Assembly (NCBI GenBank): GCA_046498225.1
Contig: JAWOBF010000116.1
Location: 1 to 12,406 of the forward strand
Reading direction: 5' to 3'
DNA from: Candidatus Aegiribacteria sp.
GTDB taxonomy: Bacteria; Fermentibacterota; Fermentibacteria; Fermentibacterales; JCC-6
DNA: 12,406 nucleotides
Under the pieces are notes generated by a model that saw nothing but the letters and a program-made list of their open reading frames with translations, ran no database searches and was not told the origin of the DNA. This document shows, one piece after another, positions 8,046 to 12,406 of the stretch; positions within the stretch are counted from its first letter, which is position 1; each line of letters opens with the position of its first letter. A program made the position numbers and the translations under genes.

Positions 8046-9023
8046 TCAGAGTAGGGTTTTCATCTCCGGTATAAGGTTTGGCTTAAGATCGTCAGGCTCA
8101 GCTGCTGTCTCCAGCTCTACCTCGTTTTCAGGGATCTTTCCAAGCCTGGCTATGGTGTTCGATTCCCTGTGCCTTATCAGCAGGTTGTCCCAGTCGTACT
8201 GCCCGGGGCACTCCCTGGCCTTCCTTTCCGTCAGGTCGAAGACCTTCTGTATCAGCTCCTGCCGGTTATCGCACCGGGGGATCTCCTGGAGCTCCATTCT
8301 GAAACGCATTCCCGGAAGCTGGGTATTGAACCCGAGCACAAGAGAGCATCCCGTCCGGGCATGGAGCTTCCAGGGGCTGGAAGGGGCCAGCACCGGAACG
8401 CCGAAACTCCCGACCCATGTGCCCGAGGGACCACCGTAGGCCGTGGGGGCGAAGTGTACCACATCTCCCTTCAGGAGGGTATCGAACATCCACCTCGGAC
8501 TGTCTCCGGGGAAATGCAGCTCATTCCATCTGTTTCCGCATTCCAGCTTCATCCTGCGCACCGGGGGCGGCATGTTGGAGTAACGGCTGGTCATGACTCC
8601 CACGCTGTATCCCGCCATTCCCAGAAGGATATGAAGGCTTCGCTCATCACCGTAATGCGGTGCCAGCAGAAGCAACCCCTTTCCCCGGCCCAGTGCCTGT
8701 TCCAGCAGGTTGCGACCCCGCCACTCCACCAGATCGTCCAGTTTTTCCCGAGTAATCCTTTTCATGAAGAACAGGCTTATGTTGTTTCGCTCGTGTTTCC
8801 GCCAGTGTTCCCTGAGTATCCCCAGAAGGGTCTTCTCATCGGCTGAGGGGAAAACCCTTTTCAGATGGCTCATATAGATGGGGTTCCTGGCGGTAGATCG
8901 CATTCTTGCGGAGCCCATGAGAGATGCGAATCTTTCAAGGGTCAAGGGATTTGAAACGGTTTTAACAACCGCTCCTATGAATCTGTAGTAACCGGAGGTT
9001 GCCCGGCTTCCCGATGATATCAA
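8046..9023 (-). CDS. Lipid A lauroyltransferase-like (LpxL/HtrB family) acyltransferase
   Basis: EQALGRGKGLLLLAPHYG, SFGVPV, LHARTGCSLV and CPGQYDW match the family layout. TTG start preceded by GAGG. Confidence 0.75.
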   Translation of the reverse strand: MISSGSRATSGYYRFIGAVVKTVSNPLTLERFASLMGSARMRSTARNPIYMSHLKRVFPSADEKTLLGILREHWRKHERNNISLFFMKRITREKLDDLVEWRGRNLLEQALGRGKGLLLLAPHYGDERSLHILLGMAGYSVGVMTSRYSNMPPPVRRMKLECGNRWNELHFPGDSPRWMFDTLLKGDVVHFAPTAYGGPSGTWVGSFGVPVLAPSSPWKLHARTGCSLVLGFNTQLPGMRFRMELQEIPRCDNRQELIQKVFDLTERKARECPGQYDWDNLLIRHRESNTIARLGKIPENEVELETAAEPDDLKPNLIPEMKTLL

Positions 9024-9071
9024 CTTGACCTCTTTCCGTAATTATCGGCTTCGCCGTGAACGGGGAAGCAA

Positions 9072-9100
9072 ATACTATCCAAGTGTCAGCCGGCGGTCAA
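9072..9100 (-). promoter_or_regulatory. Putative sigma70 promoter of the acyltransferase gene
   Basis: TTGACC-N17-TAGTAT on the minus strand, about 50 nt upstream of the start. Confidence 0.55.
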
Positions 9101-9163
9101 CTGTGACGGCAATGATGTATCTTCCGGTTTCCAGGGAAGTATTGTATACTTGGCACAGGAAGG

Positions 9164-9218
9164 CCCCTATATGTAGCTTTTCAGGTATCGGGTTTTGAAA
9201 AAGCACATCATGTGGGGC
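9164..9218. promoter_or_regulatory. Possible pair of NrdR-box-like sites upstream of parE
   Basis: CTATATGTAG (9167-9176) and CATCATGTGG (9206-9215) resemble the core of the NrdR consensus acaCwAtATaTwGtg. The second match is weak and the 39-nt spacing is atypical. Confidence 0.3.
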
Positions 9219-9253
9219 ATGATGCAAGACCGAAATCAAGATATGGTGGTGAA

Positions 9254-11056
9254 ATGGGCGGAAACACCGCAGAGAAATATGACGAAAGCAAGATAAAAAC
9301 GCTATCGTCCATCGAGCACATAAGGCTCAGGACCGGAATGTACATAGGCCGGCTGGGCGACGGCTCCAACATCGACGACGGCATCTATGTGCTTCTGAAG
9401 GAAGTAATAGACAACTCCATCGACGAGTTCATCATGGGGCACGGAAAGCGCATCAGGGTGAAACTGAACGGCAGCTGCTGCTCAGTCCGGGACTACGGCC
9501 GGGGCATACCCCTGGGCAAGCTCCTCGAGTGCGTATCCCAGATAAACACCGGTGCCAAGTACAACACCGACGTGTTCATGTTCAGCGTGGGGCTCAACGG
9601 CGTCGGAACCAAGGCGGTGAACGCCCTTTCTGAACACTTCATGGTGTGCTCCCACCGCGACGGCACATCAAGGAGGCTGGTTTTCACCCGGGGAGAGCTG
9701 GTGGAGGACGAACAGTCGGAAACCACCGAGAGGAACGGAACCTATGTGGAGTTCATCCCCGATCCGGAAATATTCAACGGCTACACATTCCGCGACGAGT
9801 TCATAGAAAGAAGGCTTCAGCACTACGCCTTCCTGAACTCCGGCCTGAAGATCCAGTACAACGACAAAGCATATCAGTCCGAGAACGGCCTGAAGGACCT
9901 TCTCGAGCATGAAGCCGGGGAAGAGGCCCTCTATCCGGTGTTCTATTACAGGGAAAAAACACTGGAGTTCGCCTTTACCCACACATCAGCCTACGGCGAG
10001 CGGTATCTCTCCTTCGCCAACGGACAGTACACAAGCGCCGGAGGCTCCCACCTCTCCGCCTTCAAGGAGGGGATACTGAAGGGGGTAAACGCCTACAGTT
10101 CCGAGAAGTTCACCGGCGACGATGTCCGCGACGGCATAACCGCCGCAATTTCCATCAAGCTGAAGGACCCCGTGTTCGAGAGCCAGACGAAGAACAAGCT
10201 GGGCAACAGCGACATAAGGCGGGACATCGTGGCCAGGGTTCAGAGCGAGATAGAACAGATGCTTCACCGGGACAGCAGCCTGGCGGATCAGCTTGTAAAC
10301 AAGGTCAGGGCAAACCAGAAGCTCCGCACCGAGCTCCAGATAGTGCAGAAGAAGGCCAGGGCAAGGGCGAAGCAGACAGCCATAAGGATCCCCAAGCTGA
10401 AGGACTGCAAGATACACCTTGGAAGCGGCCACGCCAGGGAGGAGGAAAGCTCCATTTTCCTCACCGAGGGGCTCAGCGCCGCGGGAAGCCTGGTGGCCTC
10501 CCGGGATGTGTACACACAGGCGGTCTACGCCCTGAAGGGCAAACCCCTGAATGTCTACTCCCACCGGCGTGACACGGTGTACAAGAACGAGGAGATCTAC
10601 AACATAATGCGGGCACTCAACATAGAGGGTGGTGTGGAGGGCCTCAGGTACAACCGGGTGATCCTTGCCACCGACGCCGATGTGGACGGGCTGCACATAA
10701 GGAACCTCCTGATGACCCTCTTCCTTCACTTCTTCGAGGACCTGGTGCTGAACGGCCATCTCTACATACTGGAAACTCCCCTTTTCCGTGTGCGCAACAC
10801 GAAGGAAACCATCTACTGCTATACCGAAAGGGAAAAGGAAGATGCCCAGGCCTCCCTTGGGAAAAAGGCCGAAGTAACCAGATTCAAGGGACTCGGGGAG
10901 ATCAGCCCGAAGGAATTCGGCCAGTTCATCGGTGAGGACATCAGGCTTCAGAGGGTGGGGATCGACCGCCTCGGGGACGTATCCGATATGCTGGAGTTCT
11001 ACATGGGCAGGAACACACCTGACAGAAGACAGTACATAATGGAGAATCTCAGATGA
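9254..11056 (+). CDS. parE: Type IIA DNA topoisomerase subunit B (topoisomerase IV B-like)
   Basis: Motifs EHIRLRTGMYIG, EVIDNSIDE, DYGRGIP, GLNGVG, TEGLSA, ATDADVDG and RFKGLGE. The ATG at 9254 follows GGTGG; the ORF track starts at GTG 9212. Confidence 0.92.
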   Translation: MGGNTAEKYDESKIKTLSSIEHIRLRTGMYIGRLGDGSNIDDGIYVLLKEVIDNSIDEFIMGHGKRIRVKLNGSCCSVRDYGRGIPLGKLLECVSQINTGAKYNTDVFMFSVGLNGVGTKAVNALSEHFMVCSHRDGTSRRLVFTRGELVEDEQSETTERNGTYVEFIPDPEIFNGYTFRDEFIERRLQHYAFLNSGLKIQYNDKAYQSENGLKDLLEHEAGEEALYPVFYYREKTLEFAFTHTSAYGERYLSFANGQYTSAGGSHLSAFKEGILKGVNAYSSEKFTGDDVRDGITAAISIKLKDPVFESQTKNKLGNSDIRRDIVARVQSEIEQMLHRDSSLADQLVNKVRANQKLRTELQIVQKKARARAKQTAIRIPKLKDCKIHLGSGHAREEESSIFLTEGLSAAGSLVASRDVYTQAVYALKGKPLNVYSHRRDTVYKNEEIYNIMRALNIEGGVEGLRYNRVILATDADVDGLHIRNLLMTLFLHFFEDLVLNGHLYILETPLFRVRNTKETIYCYTEREKEDAQASLGKKAEVTRFKGLGEISPKEFGQFIGEDIRLQRVGIDRLGDVSDMLEFYMGRNTPDRRQYIMENLR

Positions 11057-12215
11057 CCGGGCTTAAAAAACTGTATGAAGAGAACTTCCTGGATTTTGCC
11101 TCCTATGTTATCAAGGAGCGGGCCATTCCCGACGCCTCCGACGGCTTGAAGCCGGTCCAGAGAAGAATTCTCTGGTCCCTTAAGGAAATGGACGACGGCA
11201 GGTTCAACAAGGTTGCCAATGTCATAGGACACACCATGAGGTATCATCCCCATGGCGACCAGTCCATAGGCGCTGCCCTGGTGGCCCTGGCCAACAGAAG
11301 CTATTTCATCGACCGCCAGGGGAACTTCGGAAACGTCCTCACCGGCGACGAGGCATCCGCGCCCAGGTACATCGAGTGCCGGCTGACACAGCTTGCCAGG
11401 GATGTGCTCTTCAACAATGAGATAACCGATTTCGACCTGAGCTACGACGGCAGGAACAAAGAGCCGGTACTGCTCCCGGCCAAGGTCCCCGTGGTGCTTC
11501 TGCTGGGGGCCGAGGGAATCGCCGTGGGTATGTCAACGAAAATACTTAGGTGCTGAGGGCCCAGATAGCCGCCCTGAAGGGGGAGGACTTCACCCTCTAT
11601 CCCGACTTCGTCCAGGGGGGCGCGGTGGATGTCTCGGGCTATGAGGACGGCAGCGGCAGGATCAAGTGCCGGGCCCGGATAGAAAAGCGGGGGAACAAGA
11701 AGGTTGCCATAACCCAGATACCCTTCGGCACCACCACCGAGTCCCTCATAGCCTCCATCGAGGGGGCGGCGAAAAAGGGCAGGCTGAAGATATCCAGCAT
11801 CGACGACTTCACCGCGGAGAACGTCGAGATCGAGGTCACCATTGCCCGTGGCATATCCTCCGAGGAGACCATTCAGCAGCTCTTCGCCTCCACCGACTGC
11901 GAGGTGGCACACACCGCGAACATGATGGTGATAATGGACGGCGCCCCGGTTGAGACCACCGTTTCCGATCTCATCAGGTATTCCGCCGGGATGCTGAAGA
12001 CCATTCTCAAGAGGGAACTCTCACTGGAGATAGCCGGTCTGAAGGACAGGCTGCACTGGATGACCCTCGAGCAGATCTTCATAGAGAACAGGCTCTACAA
12101 GGAAATAGAGGAATGCAAGACCCTCGAAACCGTGCGGGATGCGGTTCTCCAGGGGCTGAAACCCTTCCTGACCGACTACGAGAGGGAGGTAACCGTCGAG
12201 GATGTGGACAGGTTG
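11053..12215 (+). pseudogene. parC: Type IIA topoisomerase subunit A (topoisomerase IV A-like), frameshifted and truncated
   Basis: RAIPDASDGLKPVQRR, YHPHGD, APRYIE (catalytic Tyr) and GIAVGMSTKIL, after which the conserved PHN is absent and homology continues in another frame from 11550 (VLRAQIA..PDFVQGG..ITQIPFG). It ends at EDVDRL, where the IS-end/intron junction begins. Confidence 0.88.
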
Positions 12216-12220
12216 AGCAA

Positions 12221-12406
12221 TTCGCGGTAGGAATGCCGGTTACCCGAAGCACCCCCCGCACAGTCCCGGACGTGCAGTTTTCCTGCATCCGGTTCCTCGG
12301 TTGTACTCGCTTCCGTGCAAGAGCAGCAATTTCAAGCATACACCTTACGGAATCTCTTCTGCGTGATTCGAGGACGAGCAATTCCTACATGCTTCAACAT
12401 AACCTT
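12221..12406 (-). mobile_element. Group II intron, 3' end (end of RT ORF, domains V and VI)
   Basis: On the minus strand, DV GAACCGGATGCAGGAAAACTGCACGTCCGGGAC (12295-12263) is followed by DVI GGGGGGTGCTTCGGGTAACCGGCATTCCTACCGCGAA, with the candidate bulged A at 12228. Confidence 0.93.
12332..12406 (-). CDS. C-terminal 24 residues of the intron-encoded reverse transcriptase/maturase (partial)
   Basis: KVMLKHVGIARPRITQKRFRKVYA* ends just before DV. The basic tail with PRI is typical of endonuclease-less intron proteins. The RT core is outside the window. Confidence 0.7.
   Translation of the reverse strand, partial: KVMLKHVGIARPRITQKRFRKVYA

Noticed and set aside
11545..11556. Programmed frameshift or natural split in parC
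   Set aside because: No slippery sequence is present and conserved residues are missing, which indicates a deletion.
12079..12381. 100-aa minus-strand ORF as the intron RT
   Set aside because: It reads through DV/DVI into antisense parC. The plausible RT tail is in another frame and stops at 12332.
1..12406. CRISPR array, tRNA or rRNA genes
   Set aside because: I saw no regularly spaced repeats or recognisable RNA gene motifs.

Overview
GC-rich bacterial window. The core genes are a disrupted membrane-protein gene coupled to a long-chain acyl-CoA ligase, a Wzx/MOP flippase, a SAM methyltransferase, a B12-binding radical SAM enzyme, an LpxL-like acyltransferase, an intact topoisomerase IV-type B subunit and a broken A subunit. 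The most notable feature is three same-orientation ends of an IS91-family rolling-circle element: at ~185 (attached to a decayed, 5'-truncated transposase), at 1784-1994 (a 211-bp fragment inserted precisely into a host gene) and at ~12216 (truncating parC). The two outer ends each abut a group II intron: its 5' end at 1-184, and its RT C-terminus plus DV/DVI at 12221-12406. The middle copy is intron-free and shows the empty site TTTCCTA|TTGCT, 2 nt after a conserved hairpin and ~80 nt downstream of a conserved outward-facing promoter. This suggests a group II intron that homes to the origin end of IS91-family elements. All assignments come from motif recognition by eye; no searches were run.
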